Shown: piece after piece, positions 32,448 through 43,263 of the stretch
Layout of the letters: each line of letters starts with the position of its first letter
How positions within the stretch are numbered: position 1 is the stretch's first letter
Assembly (NCBI GenBank): GCA_963663405.2
Contig: CAXXSM010000132.1
Coordinates: 224,001 to 288,000, forward strand
Direction of reading: 5' to 3'
Source: a bacterium
GTDB lineage: Bacteria > Hinthialibacterota > Hinthialibacteria > Hinthialibacterales > Hinthialibacteraceae
Length of the DNA stretch: 64,000 nt
The notes under the pieces: model-generated
Database searches by the model: none
The model's input: only the letters and a program-made list of their open reading frames with translations
What the model was told of the DNA's origin: nothing
Position numbers and translations under genes: made by a program

Positions 32448-33591
32448 ATGTCGATAACCGCACAACCGAAAAAAACTGCAAGGTGAACCTCTCATCGTGC
32501 AAATGGGTCCTCAGCACCCAAGCACGCATGGGGTGTTGCGTGTGGAACTGGAGACCGACGGCGAAGTCGTCACCCGCGCAAAACCCCACATCGGCTATCT
32601 GCACCGCTGCAAAGAGAAGATCGGTGAAAAAGTCGGCTACGACAGCTATCTTCCCTACACCGACCGGATGGACTACCTCGCGTCCATGAACAATAATTGG
32701 ACGTGGTCCATGTGCGTTGAAAAAATGGCGGAGATTGATGTGCCGGAACGGGCGGAATACCTGCGCGTATTCGCCGCGGAGTTTGGACGGATCGCCAGCC
32801 ATCTCGTAACCGTCGGCTGTTTAGGGAATGATTTAGGAGCGTGGACTCCGTTTCTCCATGCGTTCCGCGAACGGGAGATGATCTTAGATATTTTGGAAGA
32901 ACTGTCCGGAGGACGGCTCTGTTTCGGGTATGTCAATATTGGTGGTGTGATGGCGGATATGACGCCACGGGCCATGGAGTTGGCGAAAACATTCCTGAAA
33001 CAGTTCCCGGCGAAACTGGATAGCTACAATCAGCTGTTAACATACAATCATATATTCATTAAACGGACGGCGGATATCGCTGTGCTCACGGCGGACCGAG
33101 CGATCGCGTATGGAGTTACAGGACCCATGCTGCGGGCGTCCGGGGTGAACTGGGATCTTCGCCATGATGAGCCCTATTCTATCTACGATAAGCTTGATTT
33201 TGAAACCGCTGTTGGTAAAGGTGAAAAAGGCTCGGTTGGTGATAACTGGGACCGGTATTGGGTGCGCGTCAAAGAGATGTATGAGAGCGTGCGCATTTTG
33301 GAACAAGTGATCGACGGATTTCCCGAAGGTGGTGAATTCCGGGGGAAAGTTCCTGCTTCGATCCGGCCCCCGAAAGACGCGGAAGTGTATGTCCGCAGCG
33401 AATGTCCGCGCGGGGAACTGGCATTCTACTTGATCAGCGATGGGAAAAATGTTCCTTACCGTTTGAAAGTGAGAGGCCCTTCGTTCTGCAATTTATGTTG
33501 TTTTGAAGAATTGACGCGCGACATGTTGGTAGCCGATGTGGTCGCTACGCTGGGAACTATCGATATAGTCATGGGAGAGGTAGACCGCTAA
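32448..33591 (+). CDS. nuoD: NADH-quinone oxidoreductase subunit D (5' frameshift in A7)
   Basis: MGPQHPSTHGVLR, GYLHR..EK, DRMDYL, GPMLRASG, PRGE, IDIVMGEVDR. Confidence 0.96.
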
Positions 33592-34642
33592 ATGGATTTT
33601 GTTCAAGGGTTGTTCCAGGTTTTGCCTTTAATCGATTATATACCGGATACGATACTATTCCTGACGGCGGCGTTGATCTGCGGGGATCATCGCGATCGCG
33701 GGTGTGGCGGTTGTCGCGCTGGTCACGGTGTTGGTCGAACGGAAAGTCGCCGGTCACATGCAATGCCGTCTTGGCCCAATGGATGTGGGCTGGCATGGTA
33801 TTTTGCAGACCGCCGCGGACGGGCTGAAACTCTGGATTAAAGAAGATATTATTCCAGCGGCGGGCGGACCGGTGGTTGTTTATCCTGGCGCCGTTTCTCG
33901 TGTTCTGCGGGGCGTTTCTCGCTTGGTCTGTGATTCCGTTGGGACCGGATTTTGTCGCCGCCGATATCAATGTAGGATTGTTGTTCCTGCTGGCGACTTC
34001 ATCCTTGGTCGCCATCGGTATTATCATGGCGGGTTGGGCTTCGTATAATAAGTGGTCTCTCTATGGGGCCCATGCGGACATCCGCCCAGTTTCTCAGTTA
34101 TGAAATCCCCTCCGCGCTGCATGTTCTTCCACCCGTGCTTTTGGCCGGTTCGTTGCATTTAGGAACGATTGTTGACGATCAATCGGGTGGATTGCTGGGG
34201 ATTGGCAATTGGTATATTTGGAATCCATTCTGCGCGATCGCGTTTATTTGCTATTATGTTTCTTCGTTGGCCGAGATCGGCCGGGTTCCATTTGACTTGC
34301 CCGAATCCGAATCGGAATTGGTCTCTGGTTTTCATACGGAATATTCGGGGATCCGTTTCGCGTTCTTCTTCATGGCGGAATATGCGGATATGTTCATCGT
34401 GTCGGTGTTGGGTTCAATCCTGTTTTTCGGGGGCTGGCATGGGCCGTTCGGTCTTAGCAGCATTTTTATTTACCTCGTAAAAATCGCCGCTTTGATGTTC
34501 GTCGCCATTTGGCTGCGGTGGACGTTGCCCCGTTTTGCGAATCGATCAAGTCATGGCGGCCTGCTGGAAGTTCTTGATCCCCGTCGGGCTGGTGAATCTT
34601 GTGGGCGCTAGTTTTTGGATGTACCTAATTGGAAAAGTGTAA
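33592..34642 (+). CDS. nuoH: NADH-quinone oxidoreductase subunit H (about 4 frameshifts)
   Basis: [68 protein letters not shown] spread over three ORFs. Confidence 0.92.
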
Positions 34643-34651
34643 TGGAGCGTC

Positions 34652-35156
34652 GTGATGTCCATTTTGAGTGATATATTCGCTGGTTTCATCACCACGATGA
34701 AAGGGATGGCCGTAACGGGGAAAGAATTCCTTATCCCTGCTTACACGGTCCAATACCCCAAAGAAAAGCGCGTTATGCCCGAACGCTTTCGCGGTATGCT
34801 GGTATGTGACGCCAGCCGATGCATCGCGTGTAACAAATGCGTTCGGATCTGCCCGGCCGAATGTCTTGTCTGCGAGGGGACCGGGAAAGGCAAAGAACGG
34901 CGCGCTGCGCTCTATTCCGTGGATTACGCGAAATGCTGTTGGTGCGGATTATGTGTAGACGCCTGTCCCACAAATTGTCCTTACAATGTCGAAGGATTAT
35001 GAAACCGTGTTCACCGACCGCAGTCAGATGGTCCGTGAATTTTGCTCGGATCCAGTTCCCCCGTTCAATGTAGAATCCCCGGACGGCGATCCAAAAGGCC
35101 CTGGACCGGATACCGGTAAAAAGGAGAAAGCGGATAGTGGACGCGCTGCTGCATAA
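34652..35156 (+). CDS. nuoI: NADH-quinone oxidoreductase subunit I (frameshift near 34980)
   Basis: TVQYP, RFRG, CIACNKCVRICP, CCWCGLCVDACP. Confidence 0.92.
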
Positions 35157-35697
35157 TCTGATTTTTTACATACTGGCTTTGATCGTGATTGGTTCGGCGG
35201 CGATAACCGCGTTCGCACGGAATCTAGTTCACGCGGCGTTTTCGCTGTTATTCACCTTTTTCGGCCTCGCCTGCCTATATATCTATCTCGCCGCCGATTT
35301 CGTCGGTTTGTCGCAGGTGATTGTCTATGTCGGTGGCATCCTGATTCTGCTCCTGTTCGGTGTTATGTTTACAGGCAACGTTACGGGTGTGGGGGTGAAA
35401 CAAGTCCTGCACAAACGGTGGGGCGCTTTGGCGTTGGTCCTCTTTTTGTTTGTCTTACTGATTACAGTTTTGGGAACCCCTTGGCCTGCGATGGAGAATC
35501 CAGCGGATAAGGAACTCAGCTCAACTGTGTCGCCGATTGGCATACTGCTTTTAACGGATTACCTTCTTCCGTTTGAAATCGCGTCACTCCTCCTGCTGAT
35601 CGCGTTAATCGGCGCGGTCGTCATCGCGCAGAGTGAACCGAAAGTGGAGGGCGCGCCTCCGGAGGCGGAAGATACGACTCCGGAAACTTCAGGATAA
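35137..35697 (+). CDS. nuoJ: NADH-quinone oxidoreductase subunit J
   Basis: ADFVGLSQVIVYVGGILILLLFGVM, YLLPFEIASLLLLIALIGA. Confidence 0.94.
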   Translation: MDALLHNLIFYILALIVIGSAAITAFARNLVHAAFSLLFTFFGLACLYIYLAADFVGLSQVIVYVGGILILLLFGVMFTGNVTGVGVKQVLHKRWGALALVLFLFVLLITVLGTPWPAMENPADKELSSTVSPIGILLLTDYLLPFEIASLLLLIALIGAVVIAQSEPKVEGAPPEAEDTTPETSG

Positions 35698-35797
35698 TAA
35701 AAAAGATTGCTAGAACGCGGCGGGCGGGATTTTGAACAACGCTGGGCGCGTAGAGAGAGATTAAAGCGGATTAAAAAACACACTGTGGTGTAGAGTT

Positions 35798-36109
35798 ATG
35801 ACCGTAGGTTTAGAACATTGTTTAGTCGTATCCGTCATTCTGTTCAGTTTGGGTATTTTTATTGTGATGACCCGGCGGAACGGAATTCGCATCTTGATGG
35901 GAGTCGAATTGATCTTGAACTCGGCCAATTTAAATTTGATCGCGTTCAACCGGTTCCTGCCAAATTCGGATGCGGTAGGAAGCGTGTTCGCGGTATTTGT
36001 GATTATTCTCGCCGCGGCGGAAGCCGCTGTGGCTTTAGCGATCGTTTTATCCATCTATCAGCAGTTCTCGACGGTTCAGCTGGACGAAATCAATAGCATG
36101 AAACACTGA
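35798..36109 (+). CDS. nuoK: NADH-quinone oxidoreductase subunit K
   Basis: RRN..ILMGVELILNS, AAAEAAVALAI. Confidence 0.95.
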   Translation: MTVGLEHCLVVSVILFSLGIFIVMTRRNGIRILMGVELILNSANLNLIAFNRFLPNSDAVGSVFAVFVIILAAAEAAVALAIVLSIYQQFSTVQLDEINSMKH

Positions 36110-36112
36110 GGA

Positions 36113-38233
36113 ATGGGCATGAGTAAATACGAACTTCTCGCCTGGTTAATTCTGGCGTTTCCGCTGGCGGCGTTTGTGATTCAAATGTTCGTTGGCAAGC
36201 GTTTGCCCCGGCAAGGTGACTGGGTTTCCGTGACGGCGATCTGCCTGTCGCTAGCCTGTGGATTATTCCTCTCTTTCTCAATTATTTTTGGAGAGAACGA
36301 TCCCCACTTTCTCTATCCCGAAGAACCCACGTATTACCAATGGTTCACCGGGGGCAGTATGATCTTTGGTTGGGGATTCCACATTGACAACCTGACCGCC
36401 GTTATGATGCTGGTCGTTACGATTGTCAGCTCACTGGTCCATATCTATTCCATGGGCTATATGCAGGGGGAGCAGTATTACCATCGTTTTTTCGCGTATC
36501 TAAGCCTTTTCAGCTTCTCCATGCTGTTGTTGATCCTTTGTGACAACCTTTTCTTGTTGTATATCACATGGGAACTTGTGGGAGTCAGTTCGTATCTTCT
36601 GATTGGATTCTTCTTTTGGAAAGATTCAGCGGCGGACGCGTGTAAAAAAGCGTTTCTCACCACGCGGGTGGGCGATATTTTCATGTTTATCGGCATCATG
36701 CTGATCGTGATGTCCACCGGTAAGATAAATTTCGTCGAAGTCTTCAACGCGATCGCGCATGGGGAATTAAATGGTTTGACATTGACCATCGCAGGCATCT
36801 GCCTCTTCGGTGGCGCGGTGGGTAAATCGGCGCAGTTCCCCCTGCATGTCTGGCTGCCGGACGCGATGGAAGGCCCGACACCTGTCAGCGCGTTAATCCA
36901 TGCGGCGACAATGGTGGCGGCGGGTGTGTACATGGTCGGCCGACTCTTCCCCATTTTTTCCGCTTCAGCCACGACGATGCTGGTGATCGCGTATGTCGGA
37001 CTAATCACAGCCTTCTTCGCCGCGACGATCGCGATAACACAAACGGATATTAAGCGGGTTTTGGCATATTCGACTGTCAGCCAATTAGGTTATATGATCA
37101 CCGCGTTGGGTGTGGGCGCTTACACGGCGGGGCTCTATCATCTGATGACCCATGCGTTCTTCAAAGCGCTTCTCTTCCTCGGCAGCGGCAGTGTGATTCA
37201 TGCGGTTCATACCAATGAGATGCCAGAGATGGGCGGATTAAAGAAGAAAATGCCCATTACGTTCTGGACGATGCTGATCGCGACTTTGGCCATTTCTGGT
37301 GTGCCCTTTTTCTCCGGTTTCGGCAGTAAAGACGCGATCCTAGCCGGGGCGCTGCAATTCGGCGTCGATCATCCCCAGCATATACTTATCTTCCTTGGTT
37401 TATTATTCGGCGCGGGGATCACCGCTTTTTATATGTTCCGTTTGATCTTTCTTACCTTCTTTGGGGAGCCCCGCGATCAGAAACGGTACGATCACGCGCA
37501 TGAATCTCCCTTCAGCATGACGGTTCCATTAATGATCTTAGCCTTCTTGTCCTTCATTGGCGGTTTTGGCGCGTTTGGCTCGCTTTGGTTGAATAAACTC
37601 GTCGTTCCTCCCGCGATTGAGCAGGTTGTGATAGAAGACGCGCATGCGGCGGAAGGCGCCCATGCTTCCGCTGATGAAACCCATGCGGAAAATGAAGCGC
37701 ATCCTGCTGACGCCGGTCATGCGGTAGAAGGCGAACATGGAGAACATCATCATAATCCATTCGTCCATTATGGGGCGATGATTCTTTCGATCCTCTTCGC
37801 GTTTTCGGGTATCGCGTTCTCTTATCTCGTCTATTACAAAAAGAAGTTTTCCGCGGAGAAGATGGCGAATCAATGGCGGCCTCTCTACGAGCTGTCATTC
37901 CACAAATATTGGGTGGATGAGTTCTACGAGAAGACAGTGATCGCTTTCGTGCTGAAGATCCGTATGGTTTTGGCGCGGTTCGATAACAAAATCGTGGATG
38001 GAGCCGTCAATATTACCGCTCCGATAACACGCGGGACGTCGGCGTTCTCCGGCGCAGTGGATAAATATGTCGTCGATGGATTGGTCAATCTCTTGGCGAT
38101 CGTGATCCAAGCCATTGGCGCAATCAGCACATTATTCCAGAGCGGTGTGATACAAAATTACTTGATGAAAGCCGGTGTCGCGGCAGGTCTGATTCTGTTG
38201 CTGCACAATTTCATCATGAGAATATTTGGATAA
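36113..38233 (+). CDS. nuoL: NADH-quinone oxidoreductase subunit L
   Basis: GKSAQFPLHVWLPDAMEGPTPVSALIHAATMV, DIKRVLAYSTVSQLG, THAFFKALLFL. Confidence 0.97.
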   Translation: MGMSKYELLAWLILAFPLAAFVIQMFVGKRLPRQGDWVSVTAICLSLACGLFLSFSIIFGENDPHFLYPEEPTYYQWFTGGSMIFGWGFHIDNLTAVMMLVVTIVSSLVHIYSMGYMQGEQYYHRFFAYLSLFSFSMLLLILCDNLFLLYITWELVGVSSYLLIGFFFWKDSAADACKKAFLTTRVGDIFMFIGIMLIVMSTGKINFVEVFNAIAHGELNGLTLTIAGICLFGGAVGKSAQFPLHVWLPDAMEGPTPVSALIHAATMVAAGVYMVGRLFPIFSASATTMLVIAYVGLITAFFAATIAITQTDIKRVLAYSTVSQLGYMITALGVGAYTAGLYHLMTHAFFKALLFLGSGSVIHAVHTNEMPEMGGLKKKMPITFWTMLIATLAISGVPFFSGFGSKDAILAGALQFGVDHPQHILIFLGLLFGAGITAFYMFRLIFLTFFGEPRDQKRYDHAHESPFSMTVPLMILAFLSFIGGFGAFGSLWLNKLVVPPAIEQVVIEDAHAAEGAHASADETHAENEAHPADAGHAVEGEHGEHHHNPFVHYGAMILSILFAFSGIAFSYLVYYKKKFSAEKMANQWRPLYELSFHKYWVDEFYEKTVIAFVLKIRMVLARFDNKIVDGAVNITAPITRGTSAFSGAVDKYVVDGLVNLLAIVIQAIGAISTLFQSGVIQNYLMKAGVAAGLILLLHNFIMRIFG

Positions 38234-38330
38234 AGTTTGTACTTTAGAAATCGATTCAAAAAAGGAAAGCCGAAAAATTAATAAAGGAATTGCGTTGATT
38301 CCTTTGTTATTCTTAGCGTAGGGAGCAGAC

Positions 38331-39820
38331 ATGATAGAGAACAACCACTTACTGAGCTGGATCATATTTTGGCCGTTGATCGGCATGGTACTGGTTTTAT
38401 TAACGCCGGCGCGCGCAAAGACATTTATCAAGCAACTCGCTTTTCTCTTCACGCTTCCGTCGCTGATCGCCGGTATTGTGATGATAATGCAGTACGATCC
38501 ATCCGCTGGGATGCAGTTCCAGGCCAAGGTCCAGTGGATTAGCGCGTTCAATATATACTATTATATTGGAGCGGACGGATTGAGCGTCCCGATGATTTTC
38601 CTGACGGTTATTCTCTGTCCGATCTGTATTCTTGCTTCCTGGAATATCAACGATCGCACCAAAGGATATATGGCGCTCTTCCTGCTGTTGGAAGTGGGAA
38701 TGCTAGGCGTCTTCTGCGCGCTGGATTTCTTCTTGTTCTATGTGTTCTGGGAACTGATGCTGCTTCCCATGTACTTCCTGATCGGCATCTGGGGTGGACC
38801 TCGCCGGGAATACGCGGCGATCAAGTTTTTCCTCTATACATTATTGGGCAGTGTGTTTCTCTTCATCGCCATGATCGCCATTTACCTCTATACGGGTTCG
38901 TTCGATCTGATTGAATTGAAAACATTAATTCCTGGATCGGACTTAATGTCGGCGATGGCGCTGAAATGGTGGCTCTTCCTCGGTATGTATGTCGCGTTCG
39001 CGATCAAGATTCCCGCGTTTCCGTTCCATACATGGTTACCGGACGCGCATGTCGAAGCGCCGACTGCGATCAGTGTGATTCTGGCGGGAATTCTTCTGAA
39101 GATGGGAACATACGGCATCCTCCGGATCAGTTATCCTCTCATGCCGGACATGGCCCTGCATTTCGCGTATTTCATCGCAGTGATCGCGTTGATCAATATT
39201 GTCTACGGCGCGCTGGTGGCGATGGCGCAGACCGATTTAAAGAAACTGGTCGCGTATTCCAGTATCAGCCATATGGGCTACGTGATGCTGGGCATGGCGA
39301 CATTCACGCCGGAAGGTATGAACGGCGCTGTTTTACAAATGTTCAACCACGGCTGCATTACGGCGATGCTCTTCCTTCTCGTAGGTGTTGTCTATGACCG
39401 GGCGCATCACCGTGACATTGATGGATTTGGTGGGTTGGCGAAAGTGACTCCGATTTATTCCGTCATCACCTGTGTGGCCTTTTCGCCGCGTTGGGATTGC
39501 CAGGGCTTTCGGGATTTATCAGTGAGGCGCTGGTCTTCCTGGGCGCGTTCCCGGTTTATATGTGGATCACGATTTTTGCGACTTCAGGAATTGTGTTGGG
39601 CGCGGCGTATATGCTGTGGACCTACCAGCGAATCTTCCTTGGGCCGTTGAATGAGAAATACGCCAATCTCCCCGATTGTACGATCCGCGAACAGGTGACT
39701 CTCTATCCGCTCGCGTTTATCGTCGTTCTGGTTGGAGTGTTCCCGCATTTGATCATCAATTTGTTTAATCCCACGATGCAAGAACTGATTAAATTTGTTA
39801 AGGACTCGGTTGGAGCGTAA
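38331..39820 (+). CDS. nuoM: NADH-quinone oxidoreductase subunit M (frameshift in T run near 39481)
   Basis: FYVFWE..LLPMYFLIGIWG, PFHTWLPDAHVEAPT, DLKKLVAYSSISHMG / GLPGLSGFISE. Confidence 0.95.
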
Positions 39821-39824
39821 ATTT

Positions 39825-41327
39825 ATGGGTATCGTCGAAAGCCTATCTAACGTCGAAAGCCTATCCTATTTTATACCGGAATTGATTCTGTCGTTGACGG
39901 TTCTTCTGGTGTTATTAGCCAGTTTATTCGATCCTGAAAAGGAAGGGCTCGATCTTCCCAGTGTGATGGCTCTGGTGGGGTGTTTTCTGGCGTTCATCGC
40001 TCATATTTGGCTGTACTACATGGAACCGGCCACCCTTTTCATGGGGATGATCGTTCATGATAACTTCTCCGCCTTTTTCCGTGGATTTTTCTTATTGGCG
40101 ACCCTGATTATTGTGACGTTCACAACCTTCGGCCGGGAAGTGGTTTATCTTAAGAAATGTGAGTTTTACTCCATCCTTCTTTCTGTAACCGTGGGCATGT
40201 GCCTTGTCGCGTCAGCGCAGGATTTAGTAATGGCCTACTTGGGGCTCGAACTGATGAGTATCGGTTCGTATATCCTCGCCGGGTTCGCGCGGAAGATTGG
40301 AAAATCCGAAGAGGCGTCATTGAAATACGTGCTGTATGGCGGCGTTTCGACCGGCGTGATGCTCTTTGGCCTTACTCTGCTTTATGGATTGACGGGTGAG
40401 ACGGGATTTTCCGCTATTCGTAATTCGTTAATGGGAACCGGGCAGGGAATCGATATCGCCGCGTTTACTATTTTCTTGATGATCATGGTTGGGATTGGGT
40501 ATAAGATTTCAGCCGTGCCGTTCCATTTCTGGGCGCCGGATGTGTATGAAGGGGCGCCGACTCCGGTGACCGCCTATCTTTCCGTCGCGTCCAAAGGCGC
40601 GGGTTTTGCGCTTCTGATCCGTCTCTTTTATTCCATCCTTTTGACGCCCTCTACCGAGGGCGCTTTCTGGATAGAGATCGCCAATATCGATATTCAATGG
40701 ACATTTTACATCGCTCTCCTCTCTGCGATTACCATGACCGTTGGTAATCTGGGGGCGATCAGCCAGAACAACCTAAAACGTCTGTTGGCCTATTCGGGTA
40801 TCGCTCACGCCGGTTATCTATTGATGGGCGTGTGTATTATGACCGTATCGGGTCTGCAAGCAGTGATTTTTTACTTGACGGTTTATCTATTTACAAACCT
40901 CGCCGCGTTCTTAGTAATTATCATCATTGTTGAAGAACAAGATGACGATACCATCAACGGCGTACGCGGGCTTGGAACGCGCGCGCCACTCGCCGCGGCA
41001 GTAATGGCGTTAGCCCTTTTCTCTTTGGTTGGATTACCTCCAACGGCTGGATTTGTCGGTAAGTACTATCTTTTTATCGCATTGCTGGATGAACAATTAT
41101 ATTGGCTGGCCTTGGTCGCTGTTTTGAACACGGTTGTATCGCTTTACTATTATGCGCGCATCGTGCGGGCCATGTATTTAGATAAAACGCCAACAACAAA
41201 ACCGGTTCATGTGCATCCTGTTTTTGCCGGATTGTTGATTGCCCTTGCTGTGCCCATCCTTTACTTTGGAATTTTCTTCGGCAAACTCGTAGATTACGCC
41301 CAGCATTGCGCGTCGCTGATTCAGTAA
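39825..41327 (+). CDS. nuoN: NADH-quinone oxidoreductase subunit N
   Basis: EASLKY, KISAVPFHFWAPDVYEGAPTPV, KRLLAYSGIAHAGY, GLPPTAGFVGK, SLYYY. Confidence 0.96.
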   Translation: MGIVESLSNVESLSYFIPELILSLTVLLVLLASLFDPEKEGLDLPSVMALVGCFLAFIAHIWLYYMEPATLFMGMIVHDNFSAFFRGFFLLATLIIVTFTTFGREVVYLKKCEFYSILLSVTVGMCLVASAQDLVMAYLGLELMSIGSYILAGFARKIGKSEEASLKYVLYGGVSTGVMLFGLTLLYGLTGETGFSAIRNSLMGTGQGIDIAAFTIFLMIMVGIGYKISAVPFHFWAPDVYEGAPTPVTAYLSVASKGAGFALLIRLFYSILLTPSTEGAFWIEIANIDIQWTFYIALLSAITMTVGNLGAISQNNLKRLLAYSGIAHAGYLLMGVCIMTVSGLQAVIFYLTVYLFTNLAAFLVIIIIVEEQDDDTINGVRGLGTRAPLAAAVMALALFSLVGLPPTAGFVGKYYLFIALLDEQLYWLALVAVLNTVVSLYYYARIVRAMYLDKTPTTKPVHVHPVFAGLLIALAVPILYFGIFFGKLVDYAQHCASLIQ

Positions 41328-41522
41328 TAACGTAAAGCAAGGAATCTCTTAAGGCGAAACGTAACTAATATCTCCTTTACCTGTTACATCCTCCCCTTTC
41401 ATTCTACCAATCATATGGTTTACCATTTCATGAAATGATACATATTCATTTCATGAGCGTGGTTCGTGTTTTGACGCTAAAAAATATACTCTAAAACTTA
41501 GATGGGAAGGATGGATGGAGAA

Positions 41523-43070
41523 ATGTGTGATCATTGCAATGGAATAGGCAGACGTGAATTCATGGGCGCGGTGGGCGCCGCTTCAGCGATTGGAGCGATC
41601 GCTGTTTCTTCGGTAAATGCGAATGCGGCTGAATCGGCGGATACTACATATCAAAATGGATCCTCTTTACCGTCAGGCGTTCCGTTGAAGGTCAAGCCGG
41701 TTTTTGTATATGCGTTGTATAAACGGGCGGAAAAAACAAGTTGGCGGGGGTATGGTGGACTCCATACGGAGGATGATGTGAAAGCGGAGACGCGGCGGAT
41801 CGAGGGGGAATTGAAAGAACTTGCATCCAATGCAGAGTTTCCGGTTGATATCCTGCCGGTGACGCTGGTCAACAACGATCAACAAGCGATGGAAGCATCG
41901 GAAAGCGTATGCGATGTAATATTAGTATACGCGTCTGGTGGAGGAGGCCGTGATTCTTATAGCTGGTACTCATCGTTGGCTTCCAAAACGCCGAACATAA
42001 TGTTCCTTCGTCATCAATCGGGGCCTTACTACCTTTGGCACGAAATCGCCCACTGGCGCTTCCTGCGGAGGAATGGAGACATCATCGAAGAGCCGAACAT
42101 GGATGTGGATGATATTGTGGTAGACGAATATGACGATGTGTTGTGGAGGCTTCGGGCGTTATATGGACTCAAAAACGCTAAGGGCACAAAAATGCTGGCG
42201 ATTGGAAGTTTGGCCGCATACAGTGAACCTGCTCAGCGGCTTGGTCCTGCTCATGCAAAAGAAATTTGGGATTATGATATTGAAATTATCTCGCGGGAGG
42301 TTTTTGCCCAGCGTCTCCAAAAAGCCCGTATAGACGAAACGCGAATGAAAAAAATAGAGCGGCAAGTGGACGCTTACCTCACCCAACCGGGTGTGATTCT
42401 GCAAACAGACCGGAAATTCGTTGTTAATTCGTTCATCGCGTTATCGGTATGTAAAGAATTCATGGAAGAAACCGGAGCGATGAATTTTGGTTTTGATTAC
42501 TGCATGTCGCGTCAGGTGATCGAAATGCTGGATACACCACCGTGTTTGGTTTTGAGCCTAGCGAATGACGAGGGGTATACAGCATATTGTCATACGGACT
42601 TATCCCATACAGTGCCCGGTGTGCTGCTGCGTTGGATCACCGGCAAACCTGCGTTTTTGTGTAATACACATTTTCCACATCACGGTATTTTCACCGTGGC
42701 CCATTGCGCCGCCCCGCGAAGAATGAATGGAAAAGATTACGAACCGGCCCGGATCATGACTCATTTTGAATCAGATTACGGCGCGGCTACCAAAGTGACG
42801 TATACCAAAGGGCAAATGGTGACGGCTATTATTCCGAACCTTCATTGTACGAAGTGGCAAGGGCTGAAAGGAACCATTCTTGATTCACCTTCTCTTCCCG
42901 TATGCCGGTCGCAAATGGATATTCAGATGGAGGGAGATTTTCGCAAGCTGCTTACGGACATGGAAGGATTTCATGCGCAAATCTGCTATGGTGATTATCT
43001 TCGCGAAGTTGGTTACGCTCTCAAGAAAATTGGGAAAGTCGAATGGCAGAATTTCAGTGGCGCCGTTTAA
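41523..43070 (+). CDS. Tat-exported protein, L-fucose/arabinose isomerase-like fold
   Basis: GRREFMG Tat motif; PPCL..SLANDEG, AHC..P, H.ES..G, CR.Q, H....YGDY pattern. Confidence 0.62.
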   Translation: MCDHCNGIGRREFMGAVGAASAIGAIAVSSVNANAAESADTTYQNGSSLPSGVPLKVKPVFVYALYKRAEKTSWRGYGGLHTEDDVKAETRRIEGELKELASNAEFPVDILPVTLVNNDQQAMEASESVCDVILVYASGGGGRDSYSWYSSLASKTPNIMFLRHQSGPYYLWHEIAHWRFLRRNGDIIEEPNMDVDDIVVDEYDDVLWRLRALYGLKNAKGTKMLAIGSLAAYSEPAQRLGPAHAKEIWDYDIEIISREVFAQRLQKARIDETRMKKIERQVDAYLTQPGVILQTDRKFVVNSFIALSVCKEFMEETGAMNFGFDYCMSRQVIEMLDTPPCLVLSLANDEGYTAYCHTDLSHTVPGVLLRWITGKPAFLCNTHFPHHGIFTVAHCAAPRRMNGKDYEPARIMTHFESDYGAATKVTYTKGQMVTAIIPNLHCTKWQGLKGTILDSPSLPVCRSQMDIQMEGDFRKLLTDMEGFHAQICYGDYLREVGYALKKIGKVEWQNFSGAV

Positions 43071-43263
43071 GAAATCTGAAACACCTAAAAAAATTGACTC
43101 CGGTACTTTCCTAAACTGATCTCTCCACAGTGCCGTTTTTTGTGTTGAATCATTGTGTTTCCATTTTAAAACATCCATTAGGGGATGTGTTGTGAATAAC
43201 AGAAAACGTTTTTCATTGATTCTCGCAGTTGCTTTTCTGCGCCTGCTATATAACGATCGCGTC

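Noticed and set aside
32448-33591. Group 4 [NiFe] hydrogenase large subunit
   Set aside because: No N- or C-terminal CxxC nickel ligands; typical NuoD motifs
30623-39820. Programmed frameshifting or true pseudogenisation of complex I
   Set aside because: Indels go in both directions, mostly in homopolymers, also hit rplT, and there is no motif decay; sequencing error is simpler
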